A DNA stretch of 63,989 nt, counting the filler, from Catajapyx aquilonaris (taxonomy: Eukaryota): the NCBI GenBank assembly GCA_000934665.2. It is 3 parts of 3 records of this genome, joined end to end, with 100 filler letters (N's around TTAATTAATTAA, not from the genome) between each part and the next. Parts side by side here need not be neighbours in the genome. Positions count along the whole stretch, not along the records: positions 21,738 to 43,322 come from KZ539458.1; positions 43,423 to 63,989 come from JYFJ02006232.1; 1 more part is not named here. One strand, given 5' to 3'. Numbering within the stretch: position 1 is the stretch's first letter; every line of letters begins with the position of its first letter. The notes under the pieces are model-generated. The model made no database searches. It was given only the letters and a program-made list of their open reading frames with translations, and was not told the origin of the DNA. Shown here piece after piece: positions 35,601 through 46,287 of the stretch. The position numbers and the translations under genes are program-made.

Positions 35601-38600
35601 ATCGCACAAAATTCTCAGAATATGTCTTGGTCCCGGGATAACAATAGGCAGTTCCAAAATAGTGACTACTACAGGCTACGTAAAATATGCAACGAAAGAG
35701 AAAGTAAGCGGCAAGGACTCAGGTACCGCCCGCGCCCTGCCGTACAGAGGGCGTATAATTTTAAATTGTGCCTATGAGCGCAAGGTGCTTGAAAAGTTTA
35801 GAGAATAATTTACACATCTGCCACTACAATATTATTTCTTCTCAACAAAAAAAAAATCACCCCATTAGAGGCAAAACACTCCAAAAATCACCACAATCAG
35901 TTATTGACGCTTCAAAACTCCCCAGATAATCCCAAAACCCCATTATTTATGACCAACCTTCCAAGCAATCCCTCGATAATATTTTCCCCCCTCCATCCCA
36001 CTCATAACCTGCAAAAATCTAAATTTATCGTCCTCCATTAGAAACACCCACCCACACGACCAAAAAAGCAGCTTAAAAACGTAGGGGACGAACCTAATCA
36101 AACCAAAATAGGCTCAAATATAACTATTCTCTCCCGCATTAATTCAACCCACTTGAATGTTTATTTATCCACTTTTTTAAACACCCTTCCATGCTTCCAC
36201 TCTTAAACAGATAAACACTAACTCCAAAGAGGCCGTAAATCTTATTCCAACCATCAGCAAGAGTGGTTAGCATTTTTATAAGCACAAATTACAGTGTAAA
36301 CAAATACACATCAGTGGACGCAAATGCACTAACACACCTAAAAGTCCTCAAAAGCTCCGATCCATAATTAGAAGGTCGCCGTTTAACATCACGCAAAAGC
36401 ATGCAACATTTCGCAATAAAAAAAACTGGGTGGTTGGTTAGTTACCATTTAGGTTAATGAGTCAAAAGAATAGAACTTGGGCGCACTATAGAGTCGGATT
36501 TTAAAACTATTTTTTGGCCATGCTTGGCATTTAATTAGCCCATTTAGGGTCCGCGCACGATTTTATTCCCATGCACTCAATTGCACTTGAGAAATGTTCG
36601 TTTCGACAGAACGTGCCCTTGTTCCTCTCACTTATCTCCTTTTTTTGTAATGAAGGGAAAAGACGGCTGAAAAGGAGCTCGGTTACGGTAATTTGGCGCC
36701 ATATGTTTTTTTAAAAAAAATACCCTAATGGCGACTCATTGGGTGACACGTGTCCACTTTATTCAGATCTGACCGGGGTCAGTATTATTTGCATCCAGCT
36801 TATTCATTGGTACGTATATGTGTGCTATAGCATAGCTAATGCTACCCAGCGGCAAGTCAAGTGGGACATGACTTGACATACTAAACACGTTGTTATGTTT
36901 GAGAGGCATTCAGTAACATGAAGCTGTTACTTGCTCTGTATACAAATATGACCTGTTTACGTTTTAACTATCATGGCCACTTACTCTTCCTACACCATTA
37001 ATTATCAACTCCAATAACCGAGGCGTCAAGCATTTTCTAGACGCCTATTTGAGCCCGTCGTCAACATCTGACTTTATTCAATGGTGGCGCGTTCCAAGCA
37101 TTCCCTTACGCGTTTTTCCGCTTTATGACACCATTTTTCCCTACCTAATCGGGTCATGAACATGCTGCACTTGAGGCTGCTGGGTGGAGGCCAAACTGTC
37201 ACTTATGCTACTGCAGGTCGTTCGCACCATCCTTGACGTCACCAGTCCCGCAAAAATAATTCAGAAATAAAACCCTGTGCTCGAGCCAATATCATCCAGG
37301 AAAATGTTTACCCACACTTGTCATATATAATAACACAAAATGCACTCCACCCATCCATATGACCTCCCACCTGCCCTACTTTTTCCACCTTGTTTACCCC
37401 GGCTAAAATGCATTTTGCAAGTGAATCGACCCCCTTGGTGACATTTTTGCCGCATGACGCCACCCTGTGCATTAAAGCAACATTACCTCCTCTCCCCCAG
37501 GTTTTTTTCCCCTTGTAAATGGATTTTTCAGGTTCCCCTTTTCGGATACTAATTAAGCCTGAAAGGAAGCTTTTGCTTCCACGTCTTGTTGATTCTCATC
37601 CTCCTTAAACTCCTCCCCCCCCCCAAAAAAAAAAAAAATCTCCCAATTTAAAACTTTACTCCCTATCCACCCCTCTTTCTATTCATTAGCCACGCATCAA
37701 AATTGGAATTCGCGCATGTCGCCAGTTTCCTCTCAAACTTTAGCACTAAAACTCACCCATTAGGAAGCCAGCCAGCTGATTGCATGTGGGAATCATACCC
37801 ACACCCAAGGGCGTAGCCACCTCTCTTAACCTTGCAATGCCATCTGCCGCGTTCCGCCTGTCAACACTCGCAATGCCCTTAAGACGGTGAAATATAACTG
37901 GGCCCGAACGTTTATCATTGGACTTTAAGCTCCCAAAATAATATCCCTGCCCCTCCCTTTGATGGCTCGTCTTAACAATGCAAATGCAAAATTAATGGGC
38001 TTTTTTTTTCTTCCGAAAGGGGAGTAATTACCGGGGGAGGGTAATTGCAAAAGGAAACTACGAGGGAGTTCGGTATAAGGGGGCCTGAATTTAGTGGGTG
38101 TAGGTGCAAGGCTTAGGAAATGAGCCCAAATGCTTCATTGTTTGCAAACGGCATCATTTTCCTCCTCTTCAGAAGATTCAAGAGGAGCTTTTCTTACATT
38201 TCTTTCACTCGATTTCACCTCGATAGAGCCTCATTGCTCTTCGACCTCGACCCCAGTGGACAGGTAAATGATACGCCGATTAGCCAGCTGATTAGCTCAC
38301 ACCTGCATTGCCAACACTATACTGTACATAACAGTTTTTCATGACAAAACTTTTATTTTCTTTTAAAACACTCTTTGTATTATTTTTACTTGGCGTCACT
38401 AACCGCCCTTCACCGTCAATGGCTTCGTGCCAGACTCGAGCCAATGAACGCCATGATGCTGTCGGCGTTTAGTTACGTCGTCGGTTCAAGGCCAGCTTTG
38501 TGCCAATGGAAACAACGACGCTGTGAAGGATTTGGGATGTCACGATCTACCTCACCGCCACTGGCTCAAGGGCGGCCCGCTAACTTTAAACCTAATGCCA

Positions 38601-41600
38601 TAATATAAGGTCAGTGGTAACGAGCCGACTGATCGGATGCCATGGTAACCGAACGCATACTGCGCTTCCTTTGATTACAACCTAGGTTTCGCACCATTTT
38701 AACCTGGACTCTAACTAGGATCAGTATGATGATTCCACCCATTAATTTATGAAGCTTTACATATGTTTCAAGTTGACGCTGGTCACTTAATTGAATTTTT
38801 AAAAAATTACCTGAGAGGCAACGGGCATGATTTCCTCCTAGCAGCTTTGCCCTCTTTGCTAGAAAAGCTGAGTCTCCGTACTAATGTCTGAAACATGTGG
38901 ACACCTTAAAAAATGCACCTGCACCTCACGAACACAACTTGACAAACTGCACTACCCCCCTCCCAGAGCTACAAAACTGCGACATCCCCCGTCCTCCCCG
39001 TCCCCTTCCTCACTAGTGGAGCCAGATAAACACACCCATACGTCACCACTTTGCTTTTTCTCCGCTGATAACGCCCCATCATGACATGCATTCCACCGCA
39101 TTACTTTACCTTCCCGAGCTGGAATCCATTTATGTTCCGGACTAACGTGGCGCATTAGTTTCAACGTTTGGTTCATTGTCTTGATATATCGGTCATCCAC
39201 ACCAATCGAAGTAATCCGCACCGTTGTTTCGCATGACTTCATTGTTTCAATGCATACGCGGGTTGATTTGGCATTGGGAGCAGTAAAAGTGAGGGACCGA
39301 ATAGCCTGGGCTATTGTCAATGTTCAAATGTAATGAGATTGTGCTGGGGTCATCCAATAGCGGCGGGCATGTACTGTACAGTCATGGACATAATTAGATC
39401 GTTAATATGAACGAGATACGTGCATACCCATGAGCTCGTCCAGGGTGACCCAGCAAGGGTGGGTGTACAAATTAACAGCTGCTAGTTATTTGTACCGGTT
39501 ATGACCAGAGTTAGAAGTATATGTAATTCGAATCGCCAGAGAGCAAGTATCCTGCAACCATAAATGTGTGACTAGTGTAGTGTGCATTCACGCTCTACAT
39601 TCATTGATTCAAAATCCAATTTAATGAATATTGGACAACTCGTGTCGCTCTGTGCTAATAGCTGTTCAATTGTGGAGATATCCTCATCGCTGTTTATAGC
39701 CTATAGTACAGTACACTCTGGGTAAAATGTGTGCCTGGAACTTTTTCGACAGTACAGTAGCAAATTGGACCGCCCTTCTTCAGCACCCTATCCTACCCAT
39801 TGGAGCCCAGTACAAATAACCAGTAGGCAATTCCTGGCACTCTCATTACAGTTCACCCTTTCATGCTATACGCCCTACTAAACAAGATGTTACAGCCACC
39901 AGAATGACATCTATGGCATTGTCCAACTCGTTCCTCAGCCCATTTTGCAGGTGCGAATATTGCCAAAGCACTTACAGCAAAGCCTTTCCCCCCGCTTCAC
40001 AGCTTCCCATCCCCCCTAGAATCGATCATAGCGAGAGAGAGAAAAAAATTCCGGCTTGAAAGACTGCTGGAGGCCTGGCACATTTCCCCGTAATGAATAA
40101 TTTCCGAGAAGCCGCACCTCTGAAGCACTTTGGGGGCTGGATGTGCCCACATCATGCCGGCTAAAGGCCAGCCAAAAAGGACTTTTGTAGGCAAAGTTCC
40201 AGCAGGACAAGTGCCACGTTTCGCTTCTGGAACGTTAGTCAAATAACAAGTCATCGTATAAAAGTACATAATACTCCGCGCTTTCCGCTGCACGTTGTAC
40301 TGTACTATAAGCGGAGTACAAATTTCGCTCACACAACTGTTGGTAATATTTTCCTAACGAATTTCCAGCCATTTTCGGCAGGAGTGAAGCTCACAGTATT
40401 TGCATTGTTGGGTAAACAGCCACTAAAATAGAATCAGATTACAGGCATAAAATAGGGAATACAGCGTGGTCAGTAATTACCACGTAATGGGCGTTGAGCG
40501 ACTTATTGACCTATTCTGAGACAAAATACTCTACGTCATTTGCGGTTGATGGAAGGTGTTAATAAGGCCTTAGAGAGGCGGCAATTACGTTCGATATCAC
40601 CCATGCTGTGAATTATAAGGGTTAGTTACAAGTTGTGGAGAAGCTGTCTATATTCACAAGATATTCCCTATAATTTAAGAGTGATGTCACCAAAACTAGT
40701 TGCCGTAATAACGCATGACATCGGCCACAAGTGAAGTAGATCATTTTGGTGCTGGATTAGGTCGAGAAATTGCCCTTCCTGCCCCATTAAGCGCGGGAGT
40801 TACTGACTGCTCCAATTTCAACATCCTTATAAGGATGTTGAAATTGTAATTTGCCTTATAAATTTCCTTTCGTTAGAAACTCCTGTCGAATCTAGAAGGT
40901 ATCAGCGTATTTTAGACTGTAATTTCGTGCCACGGTATATGGAGCAGCGAGTATATGAGTGGCCATGACTTTTCAAGTGTATTTTTACTTGTAAGGTGAT
41001 TCTCTCCAGAAGTTTGCATTCCACTGCGAAACGCCAACTTATAGATCGAATTTGATTACATTATAAAGCAAGTTGGGAAGCAGGATGTTTATGACTAACG
41101 AGTCGCATGAGACGATTGGGCAAGGGAACCCACAGAGAAGTATTATCAGTGGTATGCAATAACAGTCAGCCCTATAGCTTCCTCCAACGCTGCCCTGTTC
41201 AGTTCGGGGAATAATTTTTTGGCCAGTGCATATATGACAAACAAATGTTCTCGCGAGCTAAAATTATTGCTGGTAGAAGCTTGTTATGTCTAGTATTTTA
41301 GAACACTCCAACAGTAAAAGTACAGTCCATACAGTATACTCTCTGATGTGAATTAAAACAACCGCCAGCACTATCATGACGGATATTTGATATGATTGAA
41401 AACTAGCCCCGTTCCATAACAAAACACAGCCTTGTGGGACAAGTGAGGTTACATTCAGCGCATTGACACCACCTATTCGGAATAGTATTACAGTAATTAA
41501 AGTACGTTTTCCGGTGAATTTCATCCCGGATTCCAGAACGGTATATTATTACCGCCATTGTTGTTACAATGAACCCTGTTCCCAAACAATATTTCCATAT

Positions 41601-42579
41601 CCATAGCCTCAGTGCCGCCCATTAATTATTGTGGCATACTCTAGAATAAAACTTGGGAACATTGGCACCCGCCTACACGCCTGTCCTACCCCAGGTCCTG
41701 CGTCTATACTGTGGCCTAGATACAGACTTAATAACGTCTGGAGCACTGCACGTGTGGGGACCCAATCAATGCCCCATCACAACGGATCCGGAAGCTCAAG
41801 TTCTCTCTCCCAACTTTGCCAGCCCTATACATGGCCCTCCAATCAGGCTTAATATAAAAAGAAGGAACTCCCTCCCCGTCTACTGCAATGTACACCATCT
41901 GGACCTGTCCCCTGGCGTTGAAAGCCGATGACTTTCTTTTTCATTCATCTTGATCAATTTTGCATCAAGCCTGGTCTCCCCCCACCCTCCCTCAAGGCGT
42001 CAGAAATTAGGAGCAAAGTTGGGCCCCGCCAAAAGAGTCCTTTATGCACAAAAGGTGGGGTCCTCATTTTCGTGACAGTTTTGACGGTGGCGTCGATGGC
42101 ACGCGTTTTGTCGCGGATGACAAGTGTGACCAAATCCAACAACCGTGTCAGGCCACGTTGTCTGAACTCCTCAGTAAATCTATTCTGGGGTCTAAAACCC
42201 TGAGGTACTGGAAAGAGGTCAAATGGAATATCCTCCAGTACATTCCTTCCCAATATAGCAGCCCACCCTCGTTGAAACAATGGGGCGTGGTGCACAGAAA
42301 GGGAAACTGAGGTCCAGTGTCATCCACAGTTTAATCTGCTGGCATTGTCACTCACCAGGTAGCATTCCAATTGTACAAATATTTTTGTAGTCTGAGTGTT
42401 TATGTTGTGTAACTCCTGGAGAGGGTTTGCGTTGAAGAGAAGACATGTACTCACCTACGCTCAATGACGTCTGCATTTTCTCGGAAAGCAACTTCATTGC
42501 GGGTCTCGTACGGTGGAGGCGGCGTAGCGCACAGATCGTTCAGCATAAAATCCAGGTCCGTTGCTAGGCTATTCAGCAG
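22533..42579 (-). CDS. spri: Protein sprint / RIN-family Ras-and-Rab interactor (SH2 + proline-rich + RH; VPS9 and RA exons lie beyond the contig end), partial
   Basis: Phase-consistent exons 42579-42455 (LLNSLATDLDFMLNDLC), 31575-31362, 27699-27529 (ERLIRTHPIWYLPGIQRAGAVHLLQGKEEG), 27449-27265 (NFIVRQSSQPNTMAISVRLP..HYLI..FDNIPSLIAHYC, SH2), 25407-25316 (DELPVQLTLP..LSSYALLGQ), 25255-22856 (EFWGYP..) and 22801-22533 (FAQNVDNFIQCTRES..VMRNVRQFMSGMKNYLV). These motifs are characteristic of RIN1-3/sprint. Confidence 0.92.
22856..25255 (-). CDS. spri: sprint/RIN large 2.4-kb Pro/Ser/Thr-rich exon
   Basis: 808-aa ORF 22839..25265; tttcag|AG acceptor and T|gtaagt donor; contains PPPPPPRW, SDYEDIW, SPFYAEPAD and WTVDSSWEF motifs. 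Confidence 0.92.
25316..25407 (-). CDS. spri: sprint/RIN exon (end of SH2, DELPVQLTLP..ALLGQ)
   Basis: ctgcag acceptor and G|gtagga donor; phase 2 in and phase 1 out, matching neighbours. Confidence 0.88.
26316..26703 (+). mobile_element. tRNA-derived SINE, family 1, with (AAAT)n/(AAT)n tail
   Basis: A and B boxes (tggctgagacg, ggttcgaaccc); body homologous to 6294 and 28211. Confidence 0.8.
27265..27699 (-). CDS. spri: Two sprint/RIN SH2-domain exons (27699-27529 and 27449-27265)
   Basis: ORFs 27481..27825 and 27213..27464; canonical splice sites; SH2 FIVRQS motif. Confidence 0.92.
28211..28570 (+). mobile_element. tRNA-derived SINE, family 1, with target-site duplication
   Basis: A and B boxes, AAAAT tail, 13-bp TSD aattatatttaaa at 28197 and 28571. 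Confidence 0.85.
28583..29225. mobile_element. TTAA-flanked non-autonomous DNA transposon (Kolobok-like)
   Basis: TIR gtcattttgcatgttgagctccaaagatca / tgatctttggagctcaacatgcaaaatgac; TTAA on both sides; residual minus-strand ORF 28805..29074. Confidence 0.65.
29950..30020 (-). pseudogene. tRNA-like sequence (probable pseudogene; Gln-CTG-like loop out of register)
   Basis: GCCCCTG/CAGGGGC acceptor stem, GTTT/AAAC D stem, CTGGG-TTCGATT-CCTAG T arm; anticodon stem mismatched. Confidence 0.5.
31362..31575 (-). CDS. spri: sprint N-terminal exon (RGDVFLEPYMQ..GEGSLTQ)
   Basis: ttttcttccttgcag acceptor (phase 2) and CAG|gtacta donor (phase 0); joins the 42455 and 27699 exons in frame. Confidence 0.75.
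42455..42579 (-). CDS. spri: sprint N-terminal exon (LLNSLATDLDFMLNDLCATPPPPYETRNEVAFRENADVIERR)
   Basis: ttacag acceptor and AG|gtgagt donor; its phase-2 end joins the 31575 exon. A possible tiny start exon MQNV lies at 43049-43038 (uncertain). Confidence 0.72.
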
Positions 42580-43322
42580 CTGTAATCCAACAAAAAAGGT
42601 AAGACATTAGTCACAAAGTGGGTGAAGATACGTCAAGATTTCCATGCCTTTTCCCCCCCAAAACTCGCACGTCATTCCTGCCTCAATTACCGAAATCGAC
42701 CCTCCCTGCTCATCAAATAAATTACGGGCCTTTGGAGCTAAAATTGCGTTTACTCAGCCTGCTGAGTAACAAGCTGCTGCGTTCATTACCGGAGACGTAA
42801 CTACCCCGACGGACCTGTGATCGCTAGCGCTTTCCATTTTATAACAGGATGAAGAGTCATTCACAGAGGCGAGCACCTGCTGCTGCCATGGGGGGGCCTA
42901 CCCTGGGGCCTACAAATTTCAGGCCCATGCCACTTCATTTCCTGTCCATCACTGCGATTCGGCTCAAACTGCTATGGACAGACTCTCCACACCAAGCAGA
43001 CGCCGCGCCGTGTTTACTAATATTGGTCCGGTATTACCACATTTTGCATTTTGATATACCTTTCTGGTCAGTCCGGACGAAAAGCGTGACTGGAAAGTAA
43101 TTTCAATCTTCACATGCGATAATCTGATCGTGCATACATCAAAACAACAATAAATTAGTGTAAACATTCCCTGTCGACTCGATCATGAGACGTGTGACCT
43201 TCCAAGTGCGCTTACAATTATTATTCAACTTTCGATCGCCTAGAAATAACATCAGACATTGAAATGTCCGCTTTTTTCCTCACCACACCTTCCGCCAATC
43301 ACACACATGGGGGACCGGGGGG

Positions 43323-43422
43323 NNNNNNNNNNNNNNNNNNNNNNNNNNNNNNNNNNNNNNNNNNNNTTAATTAATTAANNNNNNNNNNNNNNNNNNNNNN
43401 NNNNNNNNNNNNNNNNNNNNNN
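43323..43422. other. Artificial contig linker N44-TTAATTAATTAA-N44
   Basis: Same construct as 21638-21737. Confidence 0.97.
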
Positions 43423-43494
43423 CGTGGCCACTTTCCGCGAGTTTTTGAGCACCCTGTATAATAATAAGTTTTGATGATGACGATGAAATATGGA

Positions 43495-43749
43495 AGGGTA
43501 ATGTTCCCAAGGGAGGCCGGTTCTGACGAGTTACAGCAAGTTATAGAGTCAGGATGAGCTAAAGATCCAGACCTTTTCTCACATTTTCTTCTGGCCCTGG
43601 GCAGAGAAGGGAGTGCGAATCTGCCCGGACACGTCGGGTGAAAAGAAGAAAAAGACCCGACCAACAGGAAGGTGACGGGGACGGGATCTGAACCCCGGAC
43701 CTCCCTCTTGGCTGGCCAACGGCATAGCCACTGCACCACCGTGTCCCCC
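43495..43749 (-). mobile_element. tRNA-derived SINE, family 2
   Basis: Minus strand reads gggggacacggtggtgcagtggc..gggttcagatccc; paralogs at 51899 and 18680. Confidence 0.8.
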
Positions 43750-43904
43750 ATAATGTTTCAACTTACAATGCACCAATCAAAACATGATATACTTGAAACA
43801 GTAAAAACTGTTACTCTTTTGCCATTTCATAAACTTATTTTAATGGGCTTGTCCATAACGAGGGACTGACAATCCAGTCCTACCCATTGACATCTTCTGA
43901 TCGC

Positions 43905-46287
43905 CAGGGTCTTATCCTCTCAGGGTGGAAAGAAGCCTCAGGAGCAACTTATCCTGGCAACTTTTGCTTTTTTATAGTATATGAAATTATTATGTAATTT
44001 TTTTGCATAATACCAGAAATATGCGCTTTTAAACCACTCCACCGGACAAAGGTGCTGCCCTGCGTGTCCTCGACTACATCGCACATGGCGTTGCCAAATA
44101 TGGAAGGATAGTCGATGATATGTGTCTGGTTTAAGTGACTGAGTGACCCAGACTATAATTTTCCAACGTTTAGTTAAAGATTATAGCACTTACAGGATAC
44201 CTTCAGATGCGACAAGAAATTCTTTGCCATGAGCGTGAACTTTGCTGTATTTGATTGCCCTACTGGAGGAAGCAGGTGCCATTACAAAAATTTAAAGTAG
44301 TATTGAGAAGGAGTTCACTCTATGGGATAGTCACAGTTGCCGCAATTGTAATTACCGTGAACCTCTTTGGCTATCGGAGTGCTGCAGAAAGATCTCAATC
44401 ACAGTCATATATCCAAAGAAAGCTCTTGGATATCTTCATCCAGAGGTTCGGACCAGATGGAGAATCTTTAGTGACAGGTCAAGTTATTTAATGCACCTTT
44501 CTATGGTCCTAGTAGTGGCCATCATCGCCCTCAATATTCTCGAGTCATTCAGAGGGATCAGGAAAGGTGTTGGGAGAATTGCATGCATGGTCTTTTATAG
44601 AAGTGTTAATCCTGGATCACTCTCTCCGTTCTCAAGAAATGAACACGAGTTGGTCATCCTCTGTTACGGACACTTTGAATTTGATTTAACATGTGAAGTG
44701 ACAGTTTGCAGTGTCCAGCATAAGTTCTCATGAAGACTTACCAGCCAATCAACGTCATGACTAAAACGAAAGGACCCCTTCGGATGTAATGCAATGTGGT
44801 ATTACGATGATCAAGATAGTGGAAGGTGCTAAGCTTCGGCAGGTGGAAATGATATCTAAATAGATACCGAAACAAAATGAGACAAGGTGCTATATTTTGG
44901 GTTTAACCAAGGCTGCCGGGAAGAAGGCGAAGGAAGAATTAAGAGAATAAGTATCAATCAATGATCATTACAAAATATGGATGGGAGTGTAGGTTATGGT
45001 TCTCCATGTCACATTGGGAAATCTCATTACTTATTGTAATAAGAAAGCTCGATAAATTGGATAACAGATAAGGTGAAGGATCTCTATTTGTGAAAACCCG
45101 AATTCAGACGCTTCACCTCACTTGTTATCGCATTTATCTTGCTTTCTTTTTACAATAAGCAAGACGGTCTCTCAATGCAGACAGATAGTACCATGACCTT
45201 CAATCTCACCATTTTATAATGACCATTCATCGACCCTTTTCTCTCATAGTTGTTCCTTCGCCTTTTGCCTGGTAACGCTGGTGAAACCCAAAAGCTAGCA
45301 CATTGTCTCATAGTTTCGGTATTGATTTTGAATTCATCTCTACATGTCGATGCTTAGCCCCTTTCACTTTCTTGATCATGTTAATACCGTACGACATTGC
45401 TTTGCATCAGAATGAATCATGTCGCTGGAGGCATGGCTGATTGCCTGGTAAGAGTTAATGAAAATTGAGGCTCGATGTTTCCAACTGTCACTTACCTCAT
45501 GTTAAATCAAATTCAAAGGATCCGGGTCAGAGGATGACACCCATGTGCATTTATTGAGATTGGGGAGCGTGATTCAGGAATCCCACTTCCGGAAAAGACC
45601 ATGTATGCCAATCTACCTTCATCTTCCCTGATCCTTATGATTCGCTCGAGGATATTGAGAGAAATGAAGGCCATCACTGGGTCTGTACAATGGTGCATTA
45701 CATAACTTGCAATATCACTGGAGATTCTCCAGCTGGATCGAAGAACTGAAGGAGGAGATCCTAGATCTTCCTTTGCGTATATGTGACAAGGATCCCTTTG
45801 CAGCATCAGATTTCTAAGGTGGTTCATGATAATTATTTACAATGATGGCAACTCTTACTATCCAATAGAGTGAACTCATTCTCAGTACTGACTTTAATTG
45901 TTTGTAATGTCAGCCGCTTCTTCCTACAGGGAAATCACTGACAGCAGGGCTCACAGTCATGGTAGAGAAGTTCCTGTTGCATATTATTATGAACGTGTCC
46001 GATATGTGCTACTCTAATCCTCTAAATGTTCGCCGATCCTAGTCACTCAAAAACTTGAAATAATATCTTTCGATGTCATTTGGATTCTCCACATATGATG
46101 CATATGCATTGTCAAGAAAACGAAGGGCTGCCTCTTAGTCGAACGAGGAAGCATACTCTCGAGGTGCACATTATGGTTTCCAATGAGATAAAAATGTTGG
46201 CGAGACACCCTCATCTATCGTTCCGTAGAATTTGCTAAGATGAGTTGTGTCTGAGACCTCATTCGGCTTGAGAGGGTGGCACCCAAT
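43905..46287 (+). ncRNA. Candidate long hairpin RNA (hpRNA) gene, copy A: ~1.2-kb imperfect arms, loop ~45084-45105
   Basis: 43905-45083 is the diverged reverse complement of 45106-46287 (e.g. ttattgtaataagaaagc / gctttctttttacaataa). No TIR/TSD or ORF; compensatory changes relative to copy B. Confidence 0.6.

Noticed and set aside
44255..44733. Membrane-protein-like ORFs in the hairpin arm as real genes
   Set aside because: Frames are broken differently in the four homologous arms and lack splice or start context; kept only as a hint of possible coding ancestry.
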